64,000 nucleotides of DNA from an uncultured Gemmatimonadaceae bacterium (GCA_963716745.1 OY970320.1:2880001-2944000), one strand, 5' to 3'. Positions 12,792 to 23,225 are shown, counted from the first letter of the stretch. The notes: a model not told the origin generated them from the sequence alone. Program-made: numbers and translations.

Positions 12792-13540
12792 TCCAGCTCA
12801 AGAGCGCGCGCGAGATCGATCTGATGGCGGAGGGCGGACGCATCCTGGCCGGCGCGATCGACGCGGTGAAGGCCCGCGTGACGCCTGGCGCGTCCACGCT
12901 GGAGCTCGACGAAGTGGCCGACGCGTACATCCGCCGCTTCGACGGCGCGCTGCCGGCATTCAAAGGCCTCTACGGATTCCCACGCAGCATCTGCCTCTCG
13001 ATCAACAACGAAGTGGTGCACGGCATCCCGAGCAAGAAGCGCGTGCTCGAAGCGGGCGATCTCCTCTCGATCGACATCGGCGTGCAGTACAAGGGCTTCT
13101 TCACCGATGCGGCGATCACCGTGCCGGTGGGTCCGGTGGACGAGACGTCGCGCCAGTTGCTCGCGATCACTGCGCAGGCGCTCGACGCCGGGATCGCGGC
13201 GGCCACGGTGGAGAATCATATTGGCGACATCGGTGCCGCGGTGCAGGCGGTGGTGGAGCGCGCGGGATTCAGCGTGGTGCGCGAACTCGTGGGGCACGGC
13301 GTGGGCGCCGCGCCGCACGAGGAGCCGCAGGTGCCCAACTACGGCAAGCCGAAGCGCGGACACAAGCTCGCGCCCGGCCTCACGATCGCCATCGAGCCGA
13401 TGGTGAACGTCGGCGCCGCGGGCACGCGCACGATGCCCGACGGCTGGACGATCGTGACGAGCGACGGATCGCGCTCGGCGCACTTCGAGCATACGGTGGC
13501 GATCACGGATGCGGGACCGCGGGTCCTGACGCGCGTTTGA
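12788..13540 (+). CDS. map: Methionine aminopeptidase type I
   Basis: SINNEVVHGIP, GHGVG..PHEEP, AIEPMVN, SAHFEHTV. Confidence 0.98.
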
Positions 13541-13550
13541 CTGCGGGCAT

Positions 13551-13604
13551 CGTTCATCGTGCATCGTGCCTCGACGATGCACGAGGCACGATGCACGATG
13601 AACG
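13551..13604. repeat. Perfect 23-bp inverted repeat built of CATCGTG-type heptamers
   Basis: cgttcatcgtgcatcgtgcctcg-N8-cgaggcacgatgcacgatgaacg. Confidence 0.92.
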
Positions 13605-13620
13605 CTCTCGAGGATCACCC

Positions 13621-14820
13621 ATGCGCTCTCTGCTCGTCGTCGCATTGCTCTCATGCAGCCTCTGCGCATCCGCGCAACAGAAGCCGCGCGCGCGTGAACT
13701 GGGCATTCCCATAGGGGGAACGGCGGGGGCGCTCGATGCGATTACCGATGTCGCGGGCATCGAAGTCGGATACACCACGATCATCGAGGGGAGCGGCAAG
13801 ACCGTCGTCGGCAAGGGGCCGGTGCGCACCGGCGTCACGGTGATCTTCCCGCGCGGCAGCAAGAACGCCGAGGATCCGGTATTCGCGGGCTGGTTCACGC
13901 TGAACGGCAATGGCGAGATGACCGGCACCACCTGGGTGCAGGAGAGCGGATTCCTCGAAGGGCCGGTGGCCATCACGAATACGCACAGCGTAGGCGTGGT
14001 GCGCGACGCGATCATCGCGTGGCAGATCGCCCACGACAAACTCCCGCCCGGCGGCGCGCTGCCGGTGGTGGCCGAGACGTACGACGGCGGGCTGAACGAC
14101 ATCGACGGCCAGCACGTGAAGCCGGCGCACGTGTTCGCGGCGTTGGATGGTGCGCACAGCGGCGCGGTGCAGGAGGGCAACGTCGGCGGCGGCACCGGCA
14201 TGACGTGCCACGGCTTCAAGGGCGGACTCGGCACCGCGTCGCGCAAAGTGGGCACGTACACCGTGGGCGTGCTGGTGCAGTGCAACTGCTGCACGCGGCA
14301 CGATCTGAGCATCGCCGGCGTCCCTGTGGGGCTCGAACTCACGGGCATGATGCCTTGCTTCTCGGATCCGGCGTCGCATCCCAACGGCCGGCACTGCGAT
14401 GCCAAGGACACGATCCCGGAAGGGAAGGAGAGAGACGAAGGCGCGGGCTCGATCATCATCATAGTAGCGACCGACGCGCCGATGCTGCCCGATCAGCTCA
14501 AGCGCATGGCGGTGCGCGCCGCGCTTGGCGTGGGCCGCATGGGCGGACACGGCGAGAACGGTTCGGGCGATATCTTCCTTGCGTTCTCGGCGGCCAATGC
14601 GAAGGCCGCGTACGGCACGGGCGTGCACAGCGTGCAGATGCTCGCGAACGACGATCTCAATCCATTCTTCGTCGCCACGGTGCAAGCGACGGAGGAATCG
14701 ATGGTCAACGCGATGCTCGCTGCGACGACGATGACGGGCGGCGACGATCGCCGGGTGTACGCGCTGCCGCTCGCACAGCTGCGGGTGGTGATGGCCAAAT
14801 ATGGGAGACCGATCAAGTGA
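13621..14820 (+). CDS. Secreted DmpA/P1 (S58) family aminopeptidase
   Basis: Signal peptide; AITDVAG, NGNGEMTG, EGNVGGGTG, G-S autocleavage site GSIIIIVATDAP, NGSGDIFLAFS. Confidence 0.93.
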   Translation: MRSLLVVALLSCSLCASAQQKPRARELGIPIGGTAGALDAITDVAGIEVGYTTIIEGSGKTVVGKGPVRTGVTVIFPRGSKNAEDPVFAGWFTLNGNGEMTGTTWVQESGFLEGPVAITNTHSVGVVRDAIIAWQIAHDKLPPGGALPVVAETYDGGLNDIDGQHVKPAHVFAALDGAHSGAVQEGNVGGGTGMTCHGFKGGLGTASRKVGTYTVGVLVQCNCCTRHDLSIAGVPVGLELTGMMPCFSDPASHPNGRHCDAKDTIPEGKERDEGAGSIIIIVATDAPMLPDQLKRMAVRAALGVGRMGGHGENGSGDIFLAFSAANAKAAYGTGVHSVQMLANDDLNPFFVATVQATEESMVNAMLAATTMTGGDDRRVYALPLAQLRVVMAKYGRPIK

Positions 14821-15476
14821 CGCATCGCAGACAATTCCTCAGCTGGCTCGGCGTGACCTCACTGCTCGGCGCGACGAGCGGGCGGCTTCACGCTGAAGAG
14901 CCAACGTGGCCGGTGGATGATTCGTGGGACATGTCGTGGGTCGACCGGCTGGCGAAGGCGAAGGCCCGCGCGGTATTCGACTCGCCCGAGATCTCCGACG
15001 GCGAGGCCGTGTGGAAGGCGATGATGTGGGCCGACCAGTATGCGCAGGTCTACGGCACGCCGCGATCGCAGATCGTACCGGTGCTGGTGTTCCGGCACAT
15101 GGGCATCGCCCTCGCGATGAGTGACAGTTACTGGAAGCGTTTCAACGTGGGCAAGGAGAAGAAGGTGCTGAATGCGCAGGGGAAGGAATGGGCCGAGTCG
15201 AACCCGGCGCTCCTCCCGCCTACCGCCGGTAGCACCGATCCGGACTACTCGCTGCCCAAGTTCTTCGAGGCCGGCGGCATCGTGCTCGCGTGCAACCTTG
15301 CGTTCACCTTCGCCGCGGCGCCCTACAAAAAGGAACTGAAGACCGATTCCGCCGGCGCGCGGGCGGCGGCGCTGAAGGATCTGATCCCCGGAGTGATCCT
15401 GCAGCCGTCGGGGATCTTCGCCGTGATGAGGGCGCAGGAAGCGGGGGCGGGCTATATGCTCTCGTCGGCCCCCTAG
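14817..15476 (+). CDS. Tat-exported hypothetical protein, possibly DsrE-like
   Basis: GTGA overlap start; twin-arginine HRRQFL; LACNLA and PSGIFAVMRAQEAGAGY resemble DsrE-like C-termini. Confidence 0.65.
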   Translation: MTHRRQFLSWLGVTSLLGATSGRLHAEEPTWPVDDSWDMSWVDRLAKAKARAVFDSPEISDGEAVWKAMMWADQYAQVYGTPRSQIVPVLVFRHMGIALAMSDSYWKRFNVGKEKKVLNAQGKEWAESNPALLPPTAGSTDPDYSLPKFFEAGGIVLACNLAFTFAAAPYKKELKTDSAGARAAALKDLIPGVILQPSGIFAVMRAQEAGAGYMLSSAP

Positions 15477-15480
15477 CGCC

Positions 15481-17005
15481 TTAGGCGCTCAACGCCTTCT
15501 CCACCGCGGCGATCGCTCTCTTAGCGTGGGCGCTCGTTTCCTTCACGAACTCGGTCGCCGCCTCGCTCAGCGCTCTCCCCGCGTTCTTGTCGCTGAGTGA
15601 ATTCACATTGATGCGCACGTTGTACGCCGCGCCGCGACAGGCGGCCTCGGCGAGCAGCGCGGCGACGCCCGCGTCGCTCACGGCGTTCGTGTTCCCGCCC
15701 TCCGCGGCTTCCGCGGCGAGCTTCGCCACCTCTGCACAAGCGCGCGCCGTCTCGAGCGGAACTTCGCTCGCTCCAATCAGCGCGGCGGTGATCGCCGCGT
15801 CGCGCTTGGCGGTCTGATCGGGCGTCTCCTTCGGCAGCTTGTACGCATTCGATACGGCGGAGTAACTCTTCGCGTCCAGTTCCACCAGCGCCGAGAGCCG
15901 AGCGCCTAGCGCCGAGGCCTGCAGTTGGATCTCCTTGAATCGAGATTCAACGGCAGCGTACTTCTTCCGCCCGACAGTCAGCCCCGCCACCATCTGCGCG
16001 AGCGCAGCCGCGAGCGCGCCGGCGTGCGCGGCAACGCTCCCGCCGCCCGGCACCGGCTCGCTGCTCGCGACAGCCGCGACGAATCCGCTCAGGCTCTGTC
16101 CGCCGCTCAGTGCCGATCGCACTTTGCGCTCGAGTACCTGATCGATCGAGAAGCTCGAGAGCTGCAAATAGCGCGCGGCCGCGTCGAACAGCGCGCGCTC
16201 CGGCACGAGGCCCACGATCTCGCTCCACGTGGTGCCCACACCGCGCGCGGCGGCTTCCATCTTCACGACATCGAACGCGCGGTGCATCGGTGTCTTGTCG
16301 ATCTCCACGAGATTCATGGACACCTGCGCCTGGCCGTCCACTTCGAGGCCGAGCCCCTTCACGTAGCGCAGTCCGCCGCTCGAGCCGCGCACCGCCTTCG
16401 CGACGTCCTTCGCGACGGGCACGTTCTTCGCATCGCCCATGTACACGTTGAACGCCACGAGGAAGGGGCGCGCGCCGATCGCGGTCGCGCCCGCGGTCGC
16501 GTGCACGTGACGCGGGCCGAAATCGGGCACGCGGTCGGGGTTCGTGGGCATCTCATCGCGGATCCCCTCGAATTCGCCGCGGCGCACGTCGGCGAGGTTC
16601 TCGCGCTTGGGCGTGGTGGCCGCTTTCTCATAGAGGAAAACAGGGATGTCCAGCTCGCGCGCCGGCGCGTTCGCCGAGCGTGCGCGCGAGGGCCACGCAG
16701 TCTTCCATCGTCGCGCCCTCGAGCGGAATGAATGGCACGACATCGGTGGCGCCCATGCGCGGATGCTCGCCCTGGTGCTTGGTGAGATCGATGCGCGCGG
16801 CGGCCTCCTTCATCCCCGCGAACGCGGCGTCCACCGCGCGCTCGGCGGGCACGACGAGAGTGACCACCGTACGGTTGTGCGACGCATCGCTCGAGACATC
16901 GAGCATGACGACGCCCTCAACCGCCTTGATCGCATCGACGATCGCCTGCACGACCTCGGGGCGGCGCCCCTCGGAGAAATTGGGAACGCATTCGACGAGC
17001 TTCAT
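15481..17005 (-). CDS. ftcD: Bifunctional glutamate formimidoyltransferase/formiminotetrahydrofolate cyclodeaminase (frameshift near 16670-16690)
   Basis: MKLVECVPNFSEGR, HNRTVVT, GEHPRMGATDVVPF, VPGGGSVAA, AAYNVRIN. Confidence 0.93.
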
Positions 17006-17847
17006 GAGGCGCGCATTTCCAGTTTGGAGTGATGTTCCGAGCGGGCGGCGGCGACCGTGTCGCCGAGCCAGCGGTGCATGGCCGGGTTGCCGGCGAGGAC
17101 CGAGGATTTGTGCAGCGAGATCGCGCCGCCCTCGACATCGGACACGATGCCGCCGGCCTCGCGCACGAGCAGTGCGCCCGCCGCGAAATCCCAGGGGGAG
17201 AGCAGCGGCTCCCAGAAGGCGTCGAAGCGTCCGCAGGCCACGTCGCACAGATCGAGCGAGGCGGCGCCGGCGCGGCGAATGCCGGCGGTCGCGCGCGCGA
17301 CGGCGTAGAACTCGCTCAAGTATTCGTTGAGCACGGCGACAGCGCGGAAGGGGAACCCCGTGCCGATCAGCGCGCGGGTCGGGTCGGTGGTATTCGAGAC
17401 GGAGATTCTCTTGCCATCACGGAACGCGCCCGCGCCGCGGCGCGCCGTGAACACTTCGCCGATCGCGGCGTTGTGCACCACCGCCGCCGCGAGTTCTCCG
17501 TTCACCGCCGCACAGATCGACACCGCGTACTCGGGATAGCCGTGCAGGAAGTTCGTGGTCCCGTCCAGCGGATCCACCGCGAACACGAGACCGGCGCTGG
17601 GCGCCGCGCCGGGGGAGAGTTCCTCGCCCATGATGTGCGCCGCGGGGAAGGCCGCCGAGAGTCGCGCGTGGATGAGCGTCTCCGTCTCGACGTCCACATC
17701 GGAAACGAAGTCGCTCGCATTCTTCGTGCGCACTTCGAGCGTGGCGAGCTCGCCCGCGCGCGCGGCGATCCCGCGCGCCGCTTCGGCGGCGGCGCCCACG
17801 ATCGCGCTCAGGATGCGCTCGTCATTCGCGAGTTCTGCTTGCTTCAC
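17002..17847 (-). CDS. Inositol monophosphatase family protein (start approximate)
   Basis: GEE, VDPLDGTTNFLHG, RRAGAASLDLCDVACGRFD, WDFAAG. Confidence 0.93.
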   Translation of the reverse strand: MKQAELANDERILSAIVGAAAEAARGIAARAGELATLEVRTKNASDFVSDVDVETETLIHARLSAAFPAAHIMGEELSPGAAPSAGLVFAVDPLDGTTNFLHGYPEYAVSICAAVNGELAAAVVHNAAIGEVFTARRGAGAFRDGKRISVSNTTDPTRALIGTGFPFRAVAVLNEYLSEFYAVARATAGIRRAGAASLDLCDVACGRFDAFWEPLLSPWDFAAGALLVREAGGIVSDVEGGAISLHKSSVLAGNPAMHRWLGDTVAAARSEHHSKLEMRAS

Positions 17848-17874
17848 GTTTTCCGCGCTCGTAGGTTTGCTGTA

Positions 17875-18849
17875 ATGTCGAGAGTCTTCAGTGGCATCCA
17901 GCCGTCGGGCGAACTGCACATCGGGAATTACCTTGGCGCCGTCAAGAACTGGGTGGAACTCCAGTCGCGCCTCGAGTGCATCTATTGCATCGTCGACTAT
18001 CACGCGATCACCGGCACGTACGAACCGGCCGACCTCAGGAAGCGCACGCGCGATATGGCCATTTCGCTGCTCGCGGCCGGCGTCGACCCGGAGAAATGTA
18101 CCTTGTTCGTGCAGTCAATGGTGCCTGAGCACACCGAACTCGCGTGGATCTTCAATACCGTGACGCCGCTGGGCGAGCTCGAGCGGCAAACGCAGTACAA
18201 GGACAAGGCCAGCCGCCAGGAGAGCGTGCCGGCGGGGATCCTGAACTATCCCGTGCTGCAGGCGGCGGACATCCTGCTGTATCGCGCCGATCAGGTGCCC
18301 GTGGGTGAGGACCAGGTGCAGCATCTGGAACTCTCGCGCGAGATCGCGCGGCGCTGGAACCAGAAGTTCGGCGTGGATTTCTTTCCCGAGCCGAAGCCGC
18401 TGCTCACCGCTACGCGCCGCATCATGGGGCTCGACGGGCAGGCGAAGATGTCGAAATCGCTCGGCAACGCGATCGGGATACTCGAGAGCAAGGACGAGAT
18501 CTGGGCAAAGCTGCGGCCGGCGGTCACCGATCCGGCGCGCGTGCGGAAGACCGATCCGGGAACGCCGGAGGTGTGCGGCATCTATCACCTACACAAAGCG
18601 TTCAGCGACGCGCCGACCGTGGCGAACGTCGTGAAGCAATGCACGACTGCGGGCTGGGGCTGCATCGACTGCAAGCAGGTGCTCGCCGCCTCAATGGAGC
18701 GCGAGTTCGCGCCGGTGCGTGAGCGCGCGAGAGCGTTCGAGGCGAATCCGAAACGCGTGACGGACATCCTGGGCGACGGCGCGGCGCGCGCGGGGAAGAT
18801 CGCGCGTGAGACACTGCGCCAGGTGAAAGAGATCATGGGGCTCGCCTGA
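17875..18849 (+). CDS. trpS: Tryptophan--tRNA ligase
   Basis: SGIQPSGELHIGNYLGA, YPVLQAADIL, VPVGEDQ, KMSKS. Confidence 0.98.
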   Translation: MSRVFSGIQPSGELHIGNYLGAVKNWVELQSRLECIYCIVDYHAITGTYEPADLRKRTRDMAISLLAAGVDPEKCTLFVQSMVPEHTELAWIFNTVTPLGELERQTQYKDKASRQESVPAGILNYPVLQAADILLYRADQVPVGEDQVQHLELSREIARRWNQKFGVDFFPEPKPLLTATRRIMGLDGQAKMSKSLGNAIGILESKDEIWAKLRPAVTDPARVRKTDPGTPEVCGIYHLHKAFSDAPTVANVVKQCTTAGWGCIDCKQVLAASMEREFAPVRERARAFEANPKRVTDILGDGAARAGKIARETLRQVKEIMGLA

Positions 18850-18850
18850 C

Positions 18851-19516
18851 GTGGAAAGCTTCCTGAACGTGCATCTCAACCTGCTGCTTCCCCTCCTCGT
18901 GGCCGTCATCCTCGGTGGCGCGGTGGGACTCGAGCGTGAACTCTCGGGGAAGCCCGCGGGACTGCGCACCAACATCCTGATCTGTATGGGCTCGGCGATG
19001 CTGACCGACCTGTCGATGCACATCAGCTTCGGCGCGAACGGCGCCGCCAACGGCGACGGCGGGCGCATCGCGGCGCAGATCGTCACCGGCATCGGCTTCC
19101 TGGGCGCGGGGAGCATCTTGCAAGCGCGCGGCGCGGTGGTGGGTCTCACGACGGCGGCTACGATCTGGGTGGTCGCGGCGATCGGCATGCTCGTGGGCGC
19201 CGGCTGGTACGTGGAGGCGACGGGCGGCACCGTTCTCGTGTTGCTCGTGCTCGAGGGATTGCGGCACGTGGAGCGGCGGATCCTCGCGCGCAGCCGCACC
19301 GTGGGTGCCACGATCCGAGCGAAGCGTGGTACGGATCAAGACAAGATCGTGAACGAGCTCCGCGCCACCGGGCTCCAGGTAGTGGCGTGCAAACCGTATG
19401 AGCACGAGAGCGACACCACGTTCGAACTCAGAGTGTCCGGTCCCGCGAAGCAGTTCAATGTCGCCACCGCGCGGCTGCTCGAGCGCGCCGACGTGCTCAG
19501 CGTCCAGTTCGACTAG
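18851..19516 (+). CDS. MgtC/SapB family membrane protein with C-terminal ACT-like domain
   Basis: GLERE..KPAGLRT, RIAAQIVTGIGFLGAG, GLTTAATIW. Confidence 0.93.
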   Translation: MESFLNVHLNLLLPLLVAVILGGAVGLERELSGKPAGLRTNILICMGSAMLTDLSMHISFGANGAANGDGGRIAAQIVTGIGFLGAGSILQARGAVVGLTTAATIWVVAAIGMLVGAGWYVEATGGTVLVLLVLEGLRHVERRILARSRTVGATIRAKRGTDQDKIVNELRATGLQVVACKPYEHESDTTFELRVSGPAKQFNVATARLLERADVLSVQFD

Positions 19517-19517
19517 C

Positions 19518-20549
19518 ATGGCGCGGCTCATGGTGGCGGACGTGCGCGCACAACACGGACAGTGGGCGATCACCCCGGAGGCCGAGTCGCGATTGAGCGC
19601 GTCGGTGCCGGCCGGTTGGACGCTGCGCATGGTGAAGGCGCCCACGGTGAGCGATGGCGACGGCGGCACGCCGCCGAGCGCGGAATCGCTGGCGGCGATC
19701 GCGGAGGCGGAGGCGTATTTCGGATTCGGGATATCGAAGCCGCTGTTCGAGGCCGCGAAGAAATTGAAATGGGTGCATAGCGCGGCGGCGGGGGTGGGGA
19801 GCATGCTGTTCCCTGAGATGAAGGCGAGCAATGTGATCCTGACGAATTCCGCTGGGATCCACGCGATCCCGATCGCGGAGCATGCGGTGGCGGGTGTGCT
19901 GGCGCTCGTGCGCGGACTCGACATCGCGATGGAGCTGCAGCGGAGTCGCGAGTGGAAGCGCGATGCGTTCTTGAGCGGGACGAGCGTGGTGCGGGAGGCG
20001 GGAGGACTGCGGGCGCTCATCATCGGGGCGGGAGGATTGGGGCGGGCGCTAGGCGTTAGGCTCTCGGCGCTAGGAGTGCGATGCGCGGGCGTACGACGGA
20101 GGGTGGGGCTTGGTGTGCCCGAAGGATTCGAGCGCATCGTGGGGCCGGACGAGTGGAAGGCGTTGCTGCCCGAGACGGACATCCTCGCGATCTGCGCGCC
20201 GGCGACGGCGGAGACGCGAGCAATGGTGGGCGCGGCAGAGTTGGATCGTCTTCCGAAGAACGCGATCGTGGTGAACGTCGCGCGGGGAGCGCTGCTGGAT
20301 GAAGCGGCGCTCGTGGTGCGCGTGAAGAGTGGCGCGCTGCGCGGCGCCGTGCTCGATGTGTTCGAGCAGGAGCCGTTGCCGGCGGAGAGTCCGCTGTGGG
20401 ACCTGCGCAGCGTGATCCTCACGCCGCATGTGTCGGGAGTCACGAACCGGTTCTGGGACCGTGAGGCGGAGTTGGTCGTCGGGAATTGGCGGGCGTATGA
20501 CAAGGGAGAAGCAATGCGGAATGTGGTCGATAAGCAGGCGGGGTACTGA
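19518..20549 (+). CDS. D-2-hydroxyacid dehydrogenase family protein
   Basis: IIGAGGLG, VNVARG, LDVFEQEPL, TPHVSG. Confidence 0.93.
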   Translation: MARLMVADVRAQHGQWAITPEAESRLSASVPAGWTLRMVKAPTVSDGDGGTPPSAESLAAIAEAEAYFGFGISKPLFEAAKKLKWVHSAAAGVGSMLFPEMKASNVILTNSAGIHAIPIAEHAVAGVLALVRGLDIAMELQRSREWKRDAFLSGTSVVREAGGLRALIIGAGGLGRALGVRLSALGVRCAGVRRRVGLGVPEGFERIVGPDEWKALLPETDILAICAPATAETRAMVGAAELDRLPKNAIVVNVARGALLDEAALVVRVKSGALRGAVLDVFEQEPLPAESPLWDLRSVILTPHVSGVTNRFWDREAELVVGNWRAYDKGEAMRNVVDKQAGY

Positions 20550-21449
20550 GTGAGCGCGGCCATCGTGCCTCGGCCATCGGCCATCGGGGGAGTGCTTGTG
20601 CCCGAAGTGACTCCGTTCCTCGAGAACGGGGATCTCGATGAGGCGGGGTTCACCGCAAATGTGAAAGCACATCTCGCGAGTGGCGTGAGCGGCGTCGTCA
20701 CAGCGGGATCCACCGGCGAGGCGGCGCTCCTCGACGAGGATGAGCGGACGCGCATCGTGGAACTCGCGCGCGCCGTGGTGCCAGCTGAGAAGTGGGTGAT
20801 CGCGGGCGTGGGCGGCGAATCGACGCGCATGACCATCCGGCGCGCACGCGAGGCGGCGGCGCGCGGGGCGGACGCGGTGATCGTGGTCGCGCCGCACTAC
20901 TACGCGACGTCGATGACCGACGCGGCGCTCGAGGCGCATTATCGCCGCGTGGCCGACGGGAGTTTCGTGCCGGTGATCCTGTACAACATTCCGAAGTACG
21001 CGCATCTCGCGCTGTCGCCGGCGATGGTCGAGCGGCTGTCGACGCACGGCAACATTTCGGGGATCAAGGACAGCTCGGGCGAGCTCGATTCCATTCGCGC
21101 GTACATCGCGAGCAGAAGCCATCGTTCACCGTGGTCACGGGGAGCGCGCAGCAGTTCCTCGCGGGACTCGATCTCGGCGCGAAGGGAGGGATCCTCGGCG
21201 TCGCATGCTTCGCCGCCGCGCGGGCCGTGGAATTGTTCGACGCCCACGCGCGCGGCGATCTCGCCGCGAGCATCGGCGCGCAGGCGCGGTTGCTTGCCCT
21301 TGGGCCGCGACATCGTGGGCGCATTCGGCCCCGCGGGCGTGAAGGCCGCGATGAACGCGATCGGATTACACGGGGGATCCGTGCGGAGTCCGCTGCGCGA
21401 TGTGGACGGGAACGCGCGTGCCGCGATCGTGAAGCTCATCACGAAGTGA
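20550..21449 (+). CDS. Dihydrodipicolinate synthase (DapA) family protein (two compensating frameshifts ~21113 and ~21295)
   Basis: VTPF, GSTGE, LYNIP, GIKDSSG; segment FTVVTGSAQQFLAGLDLGAKGGILG lies in another frame. Confidence 0.9.
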   Translation: MSAAIVPRPSAIGGVLVPEVTPFLENGDLDEAGFTANVKAHLASGVSGVVTAGSTGEAALLDEDERTRIVELARAVVPAEKWVIAGVGGESTRMTIRRAREAAARGADAVIVVAPHYYATSMTDAALEAHYRRVADGSFVPVILYNIPKYAHLALSPAMVERLSTHGNISGIKDSSGELDSIRAYIASRSHRSPWSRGARSSSSRDSISARREGSSASHASPPRGPWNCSTPTRAAISPRASARRRGCLPLGRDIVGAFGPAGVKAAMNAIGLHGGSVRSPLRDVDGNARAAIVKLITK

Positions 21450-22400
21450 CCGCGCCGACGCGGCGGGCGCCGGCATTGCTGCGCTCGATCGGGGAGCATT
21501 TCACGAAGCTGTCGCAGCGGCTGCATGTGGATCCGAGTCGTACCGAAGAAGACGCATCCTCGTACGCTGAAGAAGACGCTGGTTGCCTCGGGATTCACGA
21601 TCTCGGAAGAACCATTTACCCGATTCGCGCACCGCAAGAATGATCCGCTTCGCATCACGGGGGCTTGGGTCGTCGGTGCGGCGATTGTATATGCGGTGAG
21701 CCGGCTCGTCGGCCTGGAGTACGAATGGCCGCTCTACGCGGTCGCTGGATTCACCTATCTCTTCGACCAATGGTTGAAGCAAAGGCGCGTCCCGGTCGCA
21801 TCGTCGAATATCATTGCGACGAGGGGCAAGCCCCGTGTATGGCTGGTAGCGAACTTGGATGCGGAAGCCGAGCAGGTACGAATCCCTGAGGTCGAGTACA
21901 CGCTCGTCATTAGCGCTCTCGGTCGTGGCAATTCTATATCACCCCTCCGGCCCAAGTCTTCAAAGCGATCGGCTATGCGATCGCGGCGACATGGTTCACT
22001 GGTTTGATTCTCCGTCCGCTGTTCAGGATCGCCCGTCCCGGCTGTCGCCCCATTGACCGGCGTGGCAGCTGTGCTCGGCGCGCTAGAGGCCGCCGATAGG
22101 GATCAAGCGTTGGGCGTCCTACTCACGCGCGGACAAGACGCGGAACGAAGCGGATTGGCAGCGGGACTCGCGGCTCACACCAAGGCGCCGACACTCTTCA
22201 TCGCAGCAGTTGGCGGACCCGAACACCTTGAAATGATAGAGACTGAAGCAAGCTCCTCCGCGCTTGCACTACCTCTGAAGGCGCGCGGCCGAGGCGGAGC
22301 ACGTGCCATTGAAGATCGAGAAGGCAGCCCAGCCTCGTAGAATTTGGTCGAGTCGTTCCCGCGAACGTTGGTCGGAGTAGACGTCGAGTTGAGGCGCCCA
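21446..22400 (+). pseudogene. Fragmented, diverged membrane protein, possibly M28-peptidase-like remnant
   Basis: Successive short ORFs (21525-22007, 22053-22340) with GFTISEEPF, TM segments, NIIATRGKPRVWLVANLD, GVAAVLGALE; atypical codon usage. Confidence 0.45.
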
Positions 22401-22550
22401 ACCTTTCCGGGCAACCTCAACGCACATTGGTATTTTCCTGTTCCATTGCGAGCGGTATGGAGCCACGTTTTGACCCAATCGGGCAGATCGCGACCGTAGC
22501 CAGGGTGCTAGTTCGAATGCTCGAGGAGAAACCTGAGGCGCAACGCTGAT

Positions 22551-23054
22551 ATGGCGCTGTTCCTCCTGATCCTCGCCTTCGCCGTCGGCCTGGTCTTCCT
22601 GCCCTTCGGCCTGCCCGGCCTCTGGCTCATGGTCGCCGCGACGGGCGCCTACTTCTGGCTCGGCCCGCAGGGCGCGATCGGCCCCTACACGCTCGGCGGC
22701 GTGATCGCGATCGCGGTGATCGCCGAGCTCGCCGAGTTCATCGTGACCGCGCGCGCGACCAAGCGCGCCGGCGGCTCCTCCCGCGGCGCCTGGTGGGCCC
22801 TCGGCGGCTCACTCGTCGGCGCCCTCGCCGGCGTGCCAGTCCCGATCGCCGGCAGCCTGATCGGCGCCTTCCTCGGAGCCTTCCTCGGCGCCTGGCTCGC
22901 GGAGTTGAGTCTGGGCCGCGCCGTAGAGCACGCCACCCGCGCCGCGAAGGGCGCCGTGATGGGCCGCATCACCGCCGTCGCCCTCAAGATCGCCGCCGCC
23001 GTCGCCATCGCCGCCTGGGTGATCGGCGCCATAGTGTACCACTCGAGCTTCTAA
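22551..23054 (+). CDS. DUF456-like membrane protein
   Basis: GLPGLWL, IAELAEF, AGGSSRGAWWALGG, GAFLGAFLGA. Confidence 0.8.
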   Translation: MALFLLILAFAVGLVFLPFGLPGLWLMVAATGAYFWLGPQGAIGPYTLGGVIAIAVIAELAEFIVTARATKRAGGSSRGAWWALGGSLVGALAGVPVPIAGSLIGAFLGAFLGAWLAELSLGRAVEHATRAAKGAVMGRITAVALKIAAAVAIAAWVIGAIVYHSSF

Positions 23055-23117
23055 GACCCGGCAGCGAGCTAAGCTCGGCTCGGCGAGAAGGAAGCCCAAC
23101 CCAGATCCAGATCGGGA

Positions 23118-23225
23118 GCGAGCGAGGCATCGGCAGAGCCGCCCCCGCGCGTCGCGAGAGCCTCGCGGCCGTATCGCGAGGCTCAAGGCGACACGTGAGG
23201 GCGGCGGAGCCAATGCCTCGCTCGC
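23118..23225 (+). repeat. Structured repeat family, copy A
   Basis: Nested stems gcgagcgaggcatcggc/gccaatgcctcgctcgc, gccgccc/gggcggc, core gagcctcgcg/cgcgaggctc. Confidence 0.8.

Noticed and set aside
21446..22550. Mobile element or prophage remnant in the AT-richer patch
   Set aside because: No integrase, transposase, terminal repeats or phage motifs seen.
23118..23225. Structured repeats as tRNA, SRP RNA or 6S RNA
   Set aside because: No cloverleaf/TpsiC motif or SRP domain IV motif recognised, and multi-copy occurrence argues against a single-copy housekeeping RNA; an Rfam search was not possible.
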